Numbered from the stretch's first letter, positions 26,871 to 40,493 are shown. The stretch: DNA of 64,000 nt from Epiperipatus broadwayi (GCA_028023455.1 JAQFVV010000004.1:26226001-26290000); one strand, 5' to 3'. The notes: generated by a model not told the origin, from the letters alone. Translations and numbers: made by a program.

Positions 26871-27470
26871 TTTTCTACCTTCATCTAAAGACTTTGCTAT
26901 TTCTTCAATCTTTGGTTCCACTAATTCTTCTATCCCATCATCTGAATTTCTCTTATCTTCATCTAAAGATTCCATCAATTCTACCTTACCTTCTAAAATT
27001 TTTCTATCTTCATCTCTAGGTTCTACTAATTCTTTTATCTTACCATCTGACTCTTCTTTATCTTCATCTAAAGATTCTCACTACTTATCATCTAAAATTT
27101 TCCTATCTTCATCTAGATACTAAATCCTCTATCTTGAATTCTGAACTTCTCTTATTTTCATTTAAGAATTCTCATAATTCTTAAGTCGTATGACCTGGAT
27201 TTATCTTATTTTTATCTATAGGTTCTACTAACTCTTCTATCCCACCATCTAAACTTCCTTTATCTTCATCTAAAGATTCCACTAATTCTATCTTATAATC
27301 AAATTTTTTTCTGTCTTCATTTAGAGATTCTACTAATCCTTCAATTTTACCACTTGAACCTAATTTATCTTCATTTAAAGATTTCATTAGTTCTATCTTA
27401 TCATCTAAAATGTTTCTATCTTCATCTAATACTAATAATATTCTGAATTCTTTACTTGATTCTCTCATAT
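26870..27470 (-). repeat. Acidic peptide repeat array (ELVESLDEDRKxFDGKI-like)
   Basis: Repeated atcttcatctaaagattc on the plus strand. ORFs 26769-26978 and 27181-27468 show ESLDEDK / ESLNEDR / KSLDEGR units. Confidence 0.8.
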
Positions 27471-27652
27471 CTGCAATTAATTTTCATATTTCTTCTTTTG
27501 ATTCTTTTTTATTTTTCTCTATTTCTAACAATATTTATTCATTGAAACATCTGACTTATATCCCCTGGCCCAGGATTTGTAATATCTACAGAGATTCTCT
27601 CTTCAAATTTCTCCATTTATTGGTGTTCTAAAATGAAAACATTCAAATCACC

Positions 27653-27669
27653 TCTTATTGGTGCTTCCA
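27653..27669 (-). promoter_or_regulatory. Degenerate primer-binding site, best fit tRNA-Thr
   Basis: TGGAAGCACCAATAAGA, 1 nt after the LTR end. Differs from the TGGAGGCACCGCTGGGA complement of eukaryotic tRNA-Thr(AGT) mainly by G>A changes. Confidence 0.45.
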
Positions 27670-27670
27670 G

Positions 27671-27952
27671 TGTAAGAGGATTTGTTGGAATGAAGCTACT
27701 ACTAAAGTCACTTATTTTGTAAATATTCTTTTAAAATAACAACTTAATCTACAACATAACACTTAATTTAAATTAAATTGAATTGACCTACATAACCCAC
27801 AATACTAACATAAGTGCACACATATAAAAATGTATTTAATTAACTGCTAGACTACCTAGTTTATCTGATTTTATCTGCCTACATAAAAATGTATCTCAAA
27901 ACTTATGTCACTGCCTTATGCCAAAAACACCATCACTTAATGTATTGCTACA
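27671..27952 (-). repeat. Putative 5' LTR
   Basis: Minus strand runs TGTAGCAATAC...CCTCTTACA with canonical TG...CA ends and an adjacent PBS-like sequence. No second copy in the window. Confidence 0.5.
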
Positions 27953-29519
27953 TGAATATTTTATTAAATAACAATATTACATTTTAATTAATAAAGAGCA
28001 TATCACATAATTTATTGATGATAATTGATAAAACTTATTTATGTCAGGACCAGTCACTTAATTTTTAGAAAGGTAATATGATTTAATAAATTGGGGACCA
28101 TCATTCAGGACTTGATCACACTGATCAAATATTAATACCACTTTCTAAATGACTGAAAGATGTCAAAACAATAATGAATATTTTCATTAATTAGATCACT
28201 ACATTGCAATAGAATACCCACAACCATCAACATTAACAAATTGGCCCAAATATTGCAGGGCATCATACAATATCAACAATTGGCCAAAAATTCTTCAAAT
28301 AAAAATTTACAACCACCAATCATCAATCAATCAGCCCTCACATTGCCATAATATACCACACAACCACGAATAATCAACAAATCGGCCCACACATTGCTAG
28401 GTGCCAAAAATCCAAATAGTGTTTTTAGGCTTTTGTAACCACTGATAACATTAAAATAAGGTTAAAATTAAAATATTACTATCTCAAAACAATCATGGTT
28501 TAACTTGAACATGGACCAAAGAAGTATGACTTGGCTAGCCAGAGCATGAGTCTAAAGGAAAGTATACAAACAGAACATGCAGATAATAACCTGCAATATT
28601 AAACATTGATTAAATTGACTTTAAGATCTAGAGTAAAAATATTACAAGATTTGTCTAGTTTCTATACCATTAAATAGTTAATAATCGGTCTATGAAATGA
28701 GTGTAGAATTCAAATTATGGATTAGCTGATAAATAAATCAAGTTGCAGATAATTGAATGGATGATGAAAGACAAATAGTTCTTAAGTAATAAATATGAAT
28801 GAACTTAAGAGTGAGGAAAAGAAAAAGGAAATATAATACAGTAATGAATAATGACTTAAGATGAAATGAGGGTAAAAAATATAAAACAGAAATACATAGA
28901 TAAGCCATGATTAAAATGTTGGGGATGAATGATGAAATCCTGAACTACAAAACTATTATTATGTCAAACAACTGCAAGATAATGATATAAAGCAAGGATT
29001 CTAAGCTCGAATAAAACAAAATATTTAACCACTAAATTAAAATAGATTACAAGTTTTAAACTAGAAAAAAAATGTACGTCTTAAAATTACACAGAATCAA
29101 TTAAACAATAAGAATAAATGTAAGAGGTCATGGCAAAGCATAATAAGTAACTTAAGAAATGAAAAATTTCTCTCAGGGTTCAAAGAACTTAAATATTACT
29201 ATTTTAAAAGATACATATGGATCAACAAGAAGAATTTTGCCACTACCCAAATATAACAAGTAAAGATAGCTCATAAACCAAAATGAAATTAATAAATAAT
29301 ATTTGACAATTCCTATACTAACAAGAAAAATGAACTTTAAATTTTATGAAGTATTAAGAACTTCTTAATAAAGCAAATATAATAATTTACAAACTATCTT
29401 TATTTAACAACCATGGGCAATATGATCAAAATCAGTGAATGATGTATCTAATGATTTACCTAAATAGATTACTCTAAAGAATAAATATTTCACCTTTAAA
29501 ATATTAATTAAAAATACAC

Positions 29520-31200
29520 TTATTATAATTATTCAACATGATAACAGATAAATCTTATACTAATATTATTGACTATGAATATATAAAGTCACTAGCAAAA
29601 TGGAAAATATTACTATTTGACACATAAAGTTTATAATTACCATTATCAATTTGAGAAGGACCTATAACTATAGGTGTTATTAGGTAATAATCAATTAAGC
29701 ATTACATTTATTACACACCATGTTTAATGCTCTTAAGTTAACTAAAGTTATATACTACCCATTTATTATTATTATTTAACAATTATAGCTTTTATTCTAG
29801 AAAGAAAAATATCAAGAATAAACTGTAATCGTTTCTTATTTGTGTTCATATTTTTAAAAAAATGAACGAAATTCACAACAAATAAGATTACTTTACCTTT
29901 TTTATATTTATATTTGATCAAATTTACATTTATCATACTTTTTGTTTTACACAAACCAGTTTTTATATCTGTAATAATAATGCATACAATATTAAAAGAC
30001 AAACATATAATATTTATGATAATAATGATCATGATATAAATATGTTGTTTCATCTTTCTTTTTGTGAAAATAAGAAAAATAAAATTTTGATTCCCAACCT
30101 TTTAAAAAAAATCTGCAACATTATGTAACTGATAAATGTTCTTTCCCATGTGGAGTATATTTCATACTTTTTTAGTCAATTTAAACTGTAATTCTAGAAC
30201 ATTGCTGAATCTATAAAGAATCATAGTTTCATCTGTTAACTCAGTAATTTGTTATTCTGGAAACTAAAAAGAAGTTGAAGATAAACATTGATTCTTATTT
30301 TCATTATGCATATGCATTTCATATTCTTTAATGTCTAATAACAATATTTCATAATTAAGATATCAGAAATCCATTTCACAATATGATTAACACAATAATT
30401 AATATATCAAAATTGTTGACATTTGATTCACTTTCAATGAGATTCTACAATATAGTTTAATAAACATATTAATTCCACTTGTTAAGTTGCAAGATGGTGC
30501 ATTTCAGCCTTGCCATAATGCAAGTGTCAAAGGCAATACTGAGAATATCTCATATTAAAAGACAATAAATATTTTATAAACTTTATAATTTAGTATCTTC
30601 ATCTATATTGTACTATTAGGTAGATATAAGTTATTATTATGCTTTATTTAATAGCAATATAGCATTTTTTTTTTTTTTTTAAATTTATTTTCTCCATGAA
30701 ATAAAATTAATATAGGATAATAGAATTGTGATAGATGAAGTTAGCTTTAATATAACAGTTCACATTAGTTTAAACATGTTGAGAGTGCCTTATAAATTCA
30801 AAAACAGTAATGGAAGTTGTTAAATGTGCCCATTATAGTTCTGCTTATTCTAAAATTTATTTTGACTGAAAGTACGAAACAATTTCCTTTTCTTTCTTCT
30901 TACCAACCCAATTAAGTCATAATTATTTTTATAATACATACAGTGAATATAATAATTAAAATAGTTACAAAATAAAAACAAAATTTCAAACTTATGAACT
31001 TTCACCATTTTGGCTGGTTTTTATTCTTTCTATATGTCTGCCAGATTTAAGTATGAACCTTTACAATAGAAGTGATATGTTTCATGTATATCAATCAAAT
31101 GAAGTTCCTAATCCGTTAGTTGCTAATTAAAATGCAATTCAATTCCATTTTTAACTCGGTCCAAATTCAATTTTAGTTCTTGATCATTTCCAGTTACGTT
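29520..31200 (-). pseudogene. Ancient CR1/L2-like LINE ORF2 relic, internally deleted (copy 2)
   Basis: LNLDRVKN...ELHLIDIHET (APE-like), ILSIAFDT (RT motif A-like), NAYA** (YADD-like), LQFK...ILHMGKN...KMKQHIY, SFSN*. Confidence 0.5.
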
Positions 31201-31537
31201 ATTTTCTGATGTTGTTTATGCAACAAGTTCCTATAAGTTTGCAAGCATGAATTTTTCAGACATATAAATGTCTTCATAAATACAAGTGATAGCAAGTTTA
31301 CGTTTTTATAACCTGTTTTTCATAAATGTACCTTTGAAGTTTCTTGCAATGATATATATTGCAGAAGCTTTGACTATATGGTGAAACTGAACTGATATCA
31401 GACCTGTATAGTTATCTAGTTTGTTAGGCTGGGTTTGAAGACATTTACATGTCTGAAAAATTCATGCTTGCAAACTGATAGGAACTTGTTGCATAAACGC
31501 TTTGAGTTAGTGTTTAGGTCTAGTTTCTAACTCCTAT

Positions 31538-31584
31538 CCTTCACTGATGATAGCAGATCAGCTTGAAATCAGCTGATCTGAAGG
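31538..31584 (+). ncRNA. Type I hammerhead ribozyme (family C)
   Basis: CCTTCA CTGATGA TAGC-AGATCA-GCTT GAAA TCAGCTGA TC^ TGAAGG. Perfect 6-bp stem I, loop-less palindromic stem III ATCAGCTGAT, AUC site. The base of stem II is a U.U mismatch. Confidence 0.82.
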
Positions 31585-31948
31585 TAACCCACTGAAAGAG
31601 ACAGTGAATTCTGACTCTGATGTTAATGTAAACAAAAATATGCTTGTTTTGAGGTTTTGGTAAAGCTCCATCTATTGATCATAAATACAAGTGATAGCAA
31701 GTTTACGTTTTTATAACTTGTTTTTGTTTTTCATAAATGTACCTTTGAAGTGTCTTGCAATGATATATCTTGCAGAAGCTTTGACTATGTGGTGAAACTG
31801 AACTGATATCAGACCCATATAGCTATCTAGCTTGTTAGGCTGGGTTTGAAGACATTTACATGTCTGAAAAATTCATGCTTGCAAACTGATAGGAACTTGT
31901 TGCATAAATGCTTTGAGTTAGTGTTTAGGTCTAGTTTCTAACTCCTAT

Positions 31949-31990
31949 CCTTCACTGATGATAGCAAATCAGCTTGAAATCAGCTGAAGG
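31949..31990 (+). pseudogene. Inactivated HHR (family C, second unit)
   Basis: Same core, but a short deletion removes the cleavage site (GAAATCAGCTGAAGG). Confidence 0.75.
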
Positions 31991-33959
31991 TGGAGCCAAT
32001 GAAAGCGACAGTGAATTCTGACTCTGATGTTTATGTAAACAAAAATACGCTTGTTTGGAGGTTTTGGTAAAGCTCCATCTATTGATCATATATATATATT
32101 TAAATTCAGTGTCTGAATCAGTTTTTGATTTCAATCGGCTTTCAACATTTAAATCAGTTTTAAATTCTTTTAACATCTTCACCATGTGTCTCAATAAATT
32201 TAAACTTTCATTTTCAGATCCATCTGATAAATTCACTTTAGTATCATCCATTATTAACTATCTTAACTAAATAATAATAAATATTAATTAAAAACAAATA
32301 TAAAATCTAATATTATAATTACAAAGTATTTGCCTCAGGACATTGGAACTTCCATGATTGCCCTAAAATAAACATAAATTCCATAAGATATTCCTAAATA
32401 AATGTATCCACTAATATTATTTATCTACAAGAATGATTTATGTTTTAATAAATATTAAATTTTAATTATCTTATGTATTACAATCACTAAATTTCTTCAA
32501 ATATTGCATAAATCTAGAAATTGTTATTAATAAAGGGAATTATTAAATATATCATTATCACACATAAAGTCATATCAAAATAGATATCAAAGCTTTAAAA
32601 CTAATCAGATTATGTATTGTTACTTATACCAGACATCAACTTAATATTATCAAACCCCACACTAACATCAAATTGTAACAGTATAAAATTATCCAGAGTA
32701 TGTTTGGGCATGCCAAATATAACAGTATAAATTAAATATAGCCAAATGTAATGGAATCTCAGAGATTTAAAATATTATTAAACTATGTGAATGAATAAAT
32801 AAATACAAATCCTTTAATATATAGATGGATAACAAAGTAATCAGTAACTAAATACTTATATAGTTTTAGGATGTAGATTTGATAATAAAACTTGTGTAAA
32901 TAAATTTATTTTTATAAGATGTATGCATATATTTACCTCACTACATTGTACACAATAAAATATAATAATTAAATAACTATACTTTTCTTCATAGTTCTTT
33001 AATTATCTTTGAATATTTTTAATAATAATAACTATAATTTTTAAAAATTATATAAAAGTATAAATATATATTAAAATTTTCTGTGACCATAAATTTACCC
33101 AATTATGTGATGATATGAATAAAAAAACAAAAGTCAAATTAATTTAAATAATAGAAAACATGTTTATTTACATTAAGATAATAAATAATATAAAATAAAT
33201 AAATAGTAATAATAAATGAATAGGAAGCTTTCTTGGATACTTTCTTTGAATACAAAATAAGATTTTGATCTCATCTATAATTTTAATATCTTAAATGTAT
33301 ATAATATGTTGTTAAAAAATCTAAATATACTAAGAAATGCTATTTATGAAAGACATAAAATGCATTTTAATAAAATAACTATAAGTATTATAACTGAATA
33401 TGTTTTATTTAAATTTTATTTTCTACAATGCATCAGCACTGATCTGTTTTTTAAGGCAACATCATATTATTTTATTATATACATTTATTTACTATATCTA
33501 CTTCATTACATATTATAAACATGAGTATTTCTACATTTCAAATAATATATAATTTAATAAATATACATGGCTTTATAACAATGAATGCATAAGCAAATAT
33601 ATAGGTCATACAAACTTTTGTCTACTATATGACAATACAACATTAAATACCTAAGACAAATTCATCACCATAAAATTATAGTATTATATAGGTAATAATC
33701 ATAAATATTAATCTTTAATAAAAAAAATTAAAACAATCTTATTTCAAAACAACACACATTCACAAAAACATATAATATAACAATAGATCAATATAAATAT
33801 AAACTTTGAATTATATATAAATTACTGATTCATCTGATATTACTCCCTTTAAAATATGCCTATGTAGTAACAATTTATTATGAAGTTTATATATTTTATT
33901 TAACAAAACAATTATAAGAGAAAAATATATATTAAAATAAATATTCTTGAGTATCTCAG

Positions 33960-34300
33960 TTCTTTGGCAGTCTTAGTCAATGACAACCAGCATGTTATTA
34001 CACAAAGTTCTGATCTCAGTTTGAAACTTCCTCCTTTGGAATGAATTGAAAAATTAAACTATGTGATATCTCACATTGGGGTGCTTAGCAATTTTCAGAA
34101 TGGAGTCACATAGCTCATGTAGATTTAAAGCTCATATAACAGGTGTCTGGAAAATGTCTATTAAGTATATGTTTGCCATCTGTAGTGGATAATACTATTG
34201 AACATGGGGACAAAATGTTTAATAGATGTAAATAATCCCCTCATAATGCTATTGTTAAATTCATCATTGATGACTTCTAGTTCATTATCATTCTAGTGCA
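33960..34300 (-). pseudogene. Relic of an L1/Tx1-type ORF1 related to the 12.5-kb element
   Basis: HPNVRYHIV*FFNSFQRRKFQTEIRTLCNNMLVVID aligns by eye with HPNDRYIAVEFKTWAGRNNFKRN..LDDKIIVTVD. Confidence 0.6.
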
Positions 34301-34755
34301 TGTGGGAGAGTCTTGATTTTCATATATTCTTGGGTTTAATTCTCCTATCCTGTTGTGGTTAGATTTTCTGAAGTCGGGGTGTTCTATTGTTGAATATGGT
34401 TGCTTTAATTTTGAAATAGGTGGTGGGAAAGTTAGCTTTGGTAGCATTTGCATAGATTTTTCTGGGATTTGAAGCTTTGGTTGCTGTAAAAATTATGCTG
34501 GCCAATATATTTGGTCATCTGATTGTCATTCACCATGTTCTTCAGCTGAATTTGTAAAAATTATCTATTTATTAAAAGTGCTTCTTACTAATTTGAAATT
34601 GTCACAGAAAAATGTTTTAGGTTGTTGGATTTGGTTTTCTGTATCAATATATATATATACATTTTTTCCTAGTGTCTGGATTTTCCACTGTTTTATGAGG
34701 AAACAGAGATACTTGTAGAAGATTATGAAAGTATTACTAAGGTTTGCTGCATGAC

Positions 34756-34820
34756 TATTATTATTATCATCATCATTATCACCATCATTGTCATCATCAT
34801 CATTATCATTATTATTATTA
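34756..34820. repeat. (ATC/ATT)n microsatellite
   Basis: Direct inspection. Confidence 0.9.
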
Positions 34821-35223
34821 TGTTTCAAAAGGCCTTTCATTGACTCAAAATAATACGTTAATGGTTACATAGCAAATTCTCTGCTACAAATCGATTACAA
34901 ATTTTTACATTTAAATTGTCATTTTTTAGAGTTCTTTCTAGATTTACAGGAGCTTAAATCATAGTTCTTGTCTATCTATATTTGAATTTAATATCCCGGA
35001 TTGTCCATTCCATCTAGCTCAACAATCCAAATGTTATAACACAATTTTCATTTTATTTTATGTCTCAAATGGTTCATGATATAATTTATTATTTGAACCC
35101 CATTAGCAAATCAAACACTTATAGCAGAAGGAGAAAATTGTTGCTAAATTGTCCTTGTTACAAAGATCTTAATAGGTCTGACTCTCAAGTTTTGGTACTA
35201 TGTTCAAATGTGTCCTGTTTCCA

Positions 35224-35306
35224 TTGTTGTTGTTGTTGTTGTTATTATTATTATTATTATTATTATTGTTGTTGTTGTTGTTATTATTATTATTATTATT
35301 ATTATT
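35224..35306. repeat. Compound (TGT)n/(TAT)n microsatellite
   Basis: Direct inspection; explains the poly-C/poly-Y peptide in ORF 35060. Confidence 0.95.
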
Positions 35307-35699
35307 CAACAATATACTTTATAGCACAATAAGTGGATTTCATAAGTTTACAATAGTTTTTCCATTACATTTGGCATAGGTTTAACAAGCATGATATCAA
35401 TTAGAAAAATTTTCAGCATTGTTCAAATGTGTTTACAAGTGATTGGTTACTGAATACATTTTTGTTAACATAAATAATTACCATACAATTAAAGGAGATA
35501 AAATTTACATGGAAATGTTTCATGGTGTGTAGTTATTTACAATAGTAATAAATACATGATTTCCATTAATGATGATTTTTGTAACTTATATCATAGGGAA
35601 CAGACCAAAAATATATAAAATTAAAATTTTATATGGGGTTGATGAGTAATGAGGATTTAAGCTGTAGGGGAAAGGGAGTTGGAGATTTGAGAAGAAAAG

Positions 35700-36400
35700 G
35701 AGAGAAGGGAAATAAAATTCATGTGCTCAGAATAAAAGTTTATTCATTGTGAGTTTGACTGATGTGGTTGGGATACTTTCTTTGGGCCTGGTTTGTTATG
35801 GTGATATAGCTGAGGAACAAAAGAAAACCCTCATTATGGATTGTAGAGCTCTGGAATAGATGAGGATTGCTGGTAATTTATAAAGTTAAAGGTATGCTCA
35901 TTCTGAAGGTACATCTATTGACAATGTTGGTTTATAAGTTAGACTGCTCTTTAATGGGTGACTATATGGCCATAAAAGTGTTCAAGGGCTATGTTGTAAT
36001 CTCATTTTTAAAAGTAGTAATTTTTAGTAAATGTGGATGGATGCTTCCTGGAGTTGTTTCTCAAATCTGAAGATGCAATGGAATCACCAGAGCTCAAATA
36101 AGATAAAGGTGACTGCGCATCTTGTCAGGATGTGTGATCTTCTGAAAAACCGGTATATTTTGTATGGAATATGAGGGGGTCACTGGTATGTGTTGTGATG
36201 GGCCAGAATTTTACTACAAGAGAGGGGGAATGCATCTCACTATGGTCAAACCTAGGCTCTTCTGGTAAGATGCTGTGAATAATGCAATGAAGTATATAAC
36301 TTATGACTGCATCTACCTCCAATGGGCTAGCTCTATATTTACACATTAAATTTACTTCTGGCTCTGTTATGCCTCAGTATTTGAACTCAGAGAAAAATCT
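35700..36400 (-). pseudogene. Relic of an L1/Tx1-type ORF1 region
   Basis: Locally GC-richer sequence. NIVNRCTFRM resembles ILLNKATFRL of the 15.2-kb ORF1 segment. Heavily decayed. Confidence 0.4.
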
Positions 36401-38499
36401 GCTTTTGACTCTCTTTGGGATGAACTTATGTAGGATAGCAACTGCTCCACCTCTATACTGGTTACAGTTGATTTAATCCTTCATCCAAGCATATTTCTAC
36501 ACTATTATATAAGAGTAAGGTGTTATCGGTTGATAAGTGGATGCATAAATAACTTTGATAAACTAAAGACTAGTTTAATGTAAATTTGCCACTGTTTATT
36601 AAATATCAAAACAAATTTTAAAAAAAATTAAAACTTTTTAACAAGATGAAGTAGTATAACTGTATGTGTCAAAGATGGATTTCTACCATATCAACAATTA
36701 ACAATATTCAAGATTACAAACCCTTACCCAATGGTAAAAATATATTCAAGATTACAAACCCTTACCCAATGGTAGAAATATATGACATGGCACTAATTAT
36801 TTACAAAGCTAATAAAAAAAGTTATTTTTAAATTGACTGCAAAGTTCATTAGCTAATTTACAGTATTATGCAGGTATATCTGTTGTAGCCTCATTGTTCA
36901 ATTCAAATTAGCAATGTTCCATCTTCTTGGCAGTATCATTCCCTAAAGTTGACAGAAAAGAATATCCACACTAGAAGATTATCCATTTATACCGAAAAAA
37001 TAAACAAACAATTATAGTTAACAGCAAACAAAAAACATGAACTCTGTCCTGTAATAAGTATATATATACTTAATATGGAATAGTCTTAAAGATCTTACTT
37101 TATCTTATGTCATGATGATCAATATCAAGTCATTATGGAAGGAAAGCTGATCTAAATTTTATTTAACAAAAACAATTAATCTAACTTTATGATTTCCAAC
37201 CCTCATATTGCTGTTTTGACTTATAATGGACTTTTCCAAATTAAAGACACTTAAGCATCCAAGTGTGGAAAGAAAAAAAGAATTTTACAAATATATAAAT
37301 AATAAGTATATATAATAAAATCAGAACCTTAAATTATTTTGATTAATATTCATGAGATTGGCAATAATGTTCTTCATGGATACAGTCTATCTCTTTTTTG
37401 GATTGCTCTCCTTCCTATGCAATGCACTTGGAATAGTATTACATCCATTCTCTGCAGTTGCTTTTTTCTACCCATGTATACATTTAGTGTAGGACAATTG
37501 AGACTTCTTTAGGCATTACAAGAGTAAGTAGGTTAATTCATTGTGCTTTCAGGGTCAGGATAGCAACAGTCACTCCTATGACACTGTTGATTTAGCCAAA
37601 AATACATTGCACAACAATTTATAGCAGACTTAATTTTTCTTTATTTGTGATTTGGCATTTTAATGGCTTACAAAAAAAAAAATTACTTCATTATTTTGGT
37701 TAGATGCAGTGACATTCTATTCCTTCTTTGTTCCTGTTCAAATAATAGTGCAGTTTTTCCAATGTCAATTTAAAAACAGTTCACTAATTTTATTAAACTG
37801 CATGAAATTATCAAACTTCTTTTAATTCAAATGTAGGTTTAAATTTCTTATGATTTTGCACTAAAAAAATTATATGGATAATTCAGAGTATTCAAACAAA
37901 TCATCCATTTTCCTTTGCATTTAAACTTTTGGTCTCAAGTTGTTGGATTTCTATGGTTGATGCATTATTTTAAAAAATAATAAAAGATGACAGGAATAAA
38001 CAGAGTTTGCTTTTATACCAAGCTTAGAATCTGGTGTTTGGTATATTAGCTTTTCTATTTCCTTTGACATCGCCATAACTACCTATTGTTGCACAAGTTA
38101 TCTTGGTTGTAGTTAATAAAAAAAACATAATAAAATTACATAATAGAATTCTAATTTCATTTTCACAATTGGTTGCTTAGTGATTGGCTTGATATTGGGT
38201 CATCACTATATTTACTCAGTCTCTGTCTCAAATTGTGATATACAATACATTAATCAGTAGTCTATTGTTAGTATATATATATATATATTTAAATGATTTC
38301 TTTAAATGAGATTTTATTTTTCACTAAGTAATGAAAATTATTTCATTGTGAGATTTATTTAACTTCATATTTGACAAAGGCAAACATCCATCATGTATAT
38401 ATATATATATAGATGTATGCTTAAAAGAAAGGATAGTGCATATCTAATCATCTATTAGTTAAGCTTATGTTTTGAATGGGCTTGGTTTGATGGTGTGGA

Positions 38500-39800
38500 C
38501 AAATGTAGGCTGTTTTTTGATAGGATTGTAAGCTATCTTTACAGTGTTTAACATGATTTCTCATATGTAACTAAGTGCTTGAAAGTCATTAATGAGGTGT
38601 TGTGGAGTCTCTTCATTTGCCTGTCAGAACCACAAAATCAATCAACATTTTTGTAGACTTGATAGTAAAATAATGTAGAAAACCAGTTGTTAGGAGTGCT
38701 GAAAGGTTAAGATTAACCAGGAAGTCAAAAACTTTGACTCCAGGGACCATTTTTTAAACTGATGGAGAAAATAATGGTTATTAATACTGAATGTGGAAGG
38801 TGGGTGATCATTACTGAGGTATTAGTGAATTAGATTATAGATTTTCCAGTAGGGATACTTGGAATTGTTGAGAAGCTGATCTGTTTGCCTTTTGTTAGTA
38901 TTGAGGAAATAAAAGCTATGAGATATGGGGTTGAAGTTTGGTATCAGTAGAGCTGTCTTTGAGTGGGGACTGGAAGAATTGGAATTTGCTAGTGATTCCA
39001 CTTATTAGGTTGATAGTTTTGTGTGTGTGGAACACCTAGATACTGTGTACACATAGACCATTATGAATAAGCTATCAGTTGAGTTGTTTGATAAAGATCA
39101 ATACCATCTTCTGGTTCCAGAATAATTTATTGCAGATGGAATTGATGGTAAAAATAAATGCCTTTGTGAATTTGATAATTGGGGAGTAGTATATAATTTT
39201 GGTAATAATAAGAGTAATGGACACATTTTAGGATAGAGAGAGAGGTATGACTTTGATGATTTTGAATGAACTATTTTGCAGCCTAGTTTGTACTGCCTGT
39301 GAAATACCAAGTGAGTCTTTGTGGAATGGAAGCCTAGGAATATAGTGAGTTTTCCTTAGAACATTTAAGAGTGTGGCTTTTCAGTGAATGGAAACCATGC
39401 AGCTGTTTTATGAGATTTAATTGAAGCTTATAGGCAGATGTGCCACCACTGAGAATGCTATGAAATATGGTCAGTTGTTTTCAAGAGATCAGGAAAATTG
39501 TAACATCATCCATATAGCCTATGCAAGTCATGTACTGCTATGTGTATGGTATTTGGATTTCAGTGATTTTGCTCTGTATTTGCTATAAAAAAGTAGGTTT
39601 ATGTATAGCATAAAAAGTAACAAGCTGACTGGTGACCCCTATGGGCTAGACTGGGTGAAAATAGGGCTTACAACTTAGCTGCAGGTTTGTGATTAGCTAG
39701 AGGAGAGTGGGTGAAAGTGTGATAATAATGACCATCTGAAAGAGTATGTTGGTAAAGAAACAATCAAATCCTGCTTGTATGTCCAGGTGAACTACAATGG
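38500..39800 (-). pseudogene. 3' half of an L1/Tx1-type ORF2 (RT to C-terminal domain), decayed
   Basis: P*GSPVSLLLFMLYINLL (~39600-39645), IGYMDDVTIF (~39495-39522), and KVFDFLVNLN...EETPQHLIN matching KLLDYLIKVN...EESFNHLLN of the 16.5-kb ORF2. Confidence 0.75.
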
Positions 39801-40421
39801 GACCATTTTTTCTCTTGAACTGAGTTAAAGATTGTAGTAGAAATAAGTGTTGCCTGTGTAGTGCTGCCTGTATTAGTTAATTCCAAATATTTTTATTTTT
39901 TATTAACTTTAAATATTTTTACATTCCTTTTTTTATGAACTGTCTTACTTCCATTGAAATTTTAATGATGAATTGGTCACTTTTTATACCAACTATTATT
40001 ATCACAATTCTTAGTAGAGTATCAATTAATTCTTATTGATTTTAATCTAGACAGAACCATTTTCAAAATTTGTTAACTTTTTAAAATGATTAGCAATTTC
40101 TAATCATACAAAAAAATTATGAAGGTTGGAAATATTATACTGCCTTTCATAATCATTTTGATATTTTTGGTTTTGAATCAACAAGCATCTTAAATGATCA
40201 CTTCTTGGATTAAATCTATTATAAACATATCTTAAATTATATAGAGTAAAATACTCTTAATATATTTATCACAGGAAATATTCATTTAATTGTTTCCAGA
40301 TATGTGCACAATTACACCTAGTTCTATACTAATATTCAAAATATAATATTTAATATTTGTTTACATCGTCTATACTTATCATTACTAGTTTTTTTATGTT
40401 TTACATTAAAAGCAAAAACCA

Positions 40422-40493
40422 GCGCTGGTGATCTAATGGTTAGCATAGCTGCCTTCCAAGCAGCTGGCCCAGGTTCGCTTCCCAGTCAATGCA
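40422..40493 (+). tRNA. tRNA-Gly(TCC)-like sequence, probably a pseudogene or SINE head
   Basis: GCGCTGGTGATCTAATGGTTAGCATAGCTGCC-TTCCAA-GCAGCTGGCCCAGGTTCGCTTCCCAGTCAATGCA closely follows eukaryotic tRNA-Gly(TCC). It has a C.A mismatch in the acceptor stem, two T-stem mismatches, and C instead of A58. Confidence 0.75.

Larger units (their letters stand above)
26040..27952 (-). mobile_element. 5' part of a Ty3/gypsy-like LTR retrotransposon (LTR, PBS, decayed gag-like ORF; pol and 3' LTR absent)
   Basis: 282-bp segment with TGTA...TACA termini, followed 1 nt later by a PBS-like sequence, then an ATG at 27616 opening a decayed coiled-coil/acidic ORF (MEKFEERISV...KESKEEI*KLIADMRESSKEF...). Confidence 0.55.
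31218..32090 (+). mobile_element. Retrozyme-like HHR tandem element, family C (inverted ~60 bp + two ~410-bp units)
   Basis: Units ~31277-31681 and ~31682-32088 are near-identical, with HHR cores 411 bp apart. 31218-31277 is the reverse complement of an internal segment. Ends in (TA)n. Absent from the paralogous position at ~25230. Confidence 0.85.

Noticed and set aside
25100-31150. TAG codons at identical positions in both duplicated copies, suggesting a reassigned genetic code
   Set aside because: They are inherited from an already dead LINE. The 735-codon PLE frame contains many CAA/CAG Gln codons and no internal TAA/TAG despite AT richness, consistent with the standard code.
34565-35332. 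ORFs with poly-D/N and poly-C/Y tracts
   Set aside because: Translations of microsatellites.
39629-39640. TGGTGACCCC resembling a tRNA-Trp primer-binding site
   Set aside because: It is the antisense of the RT P(Q)GSP motif of a LINE relic, and no LTR adjoins it.
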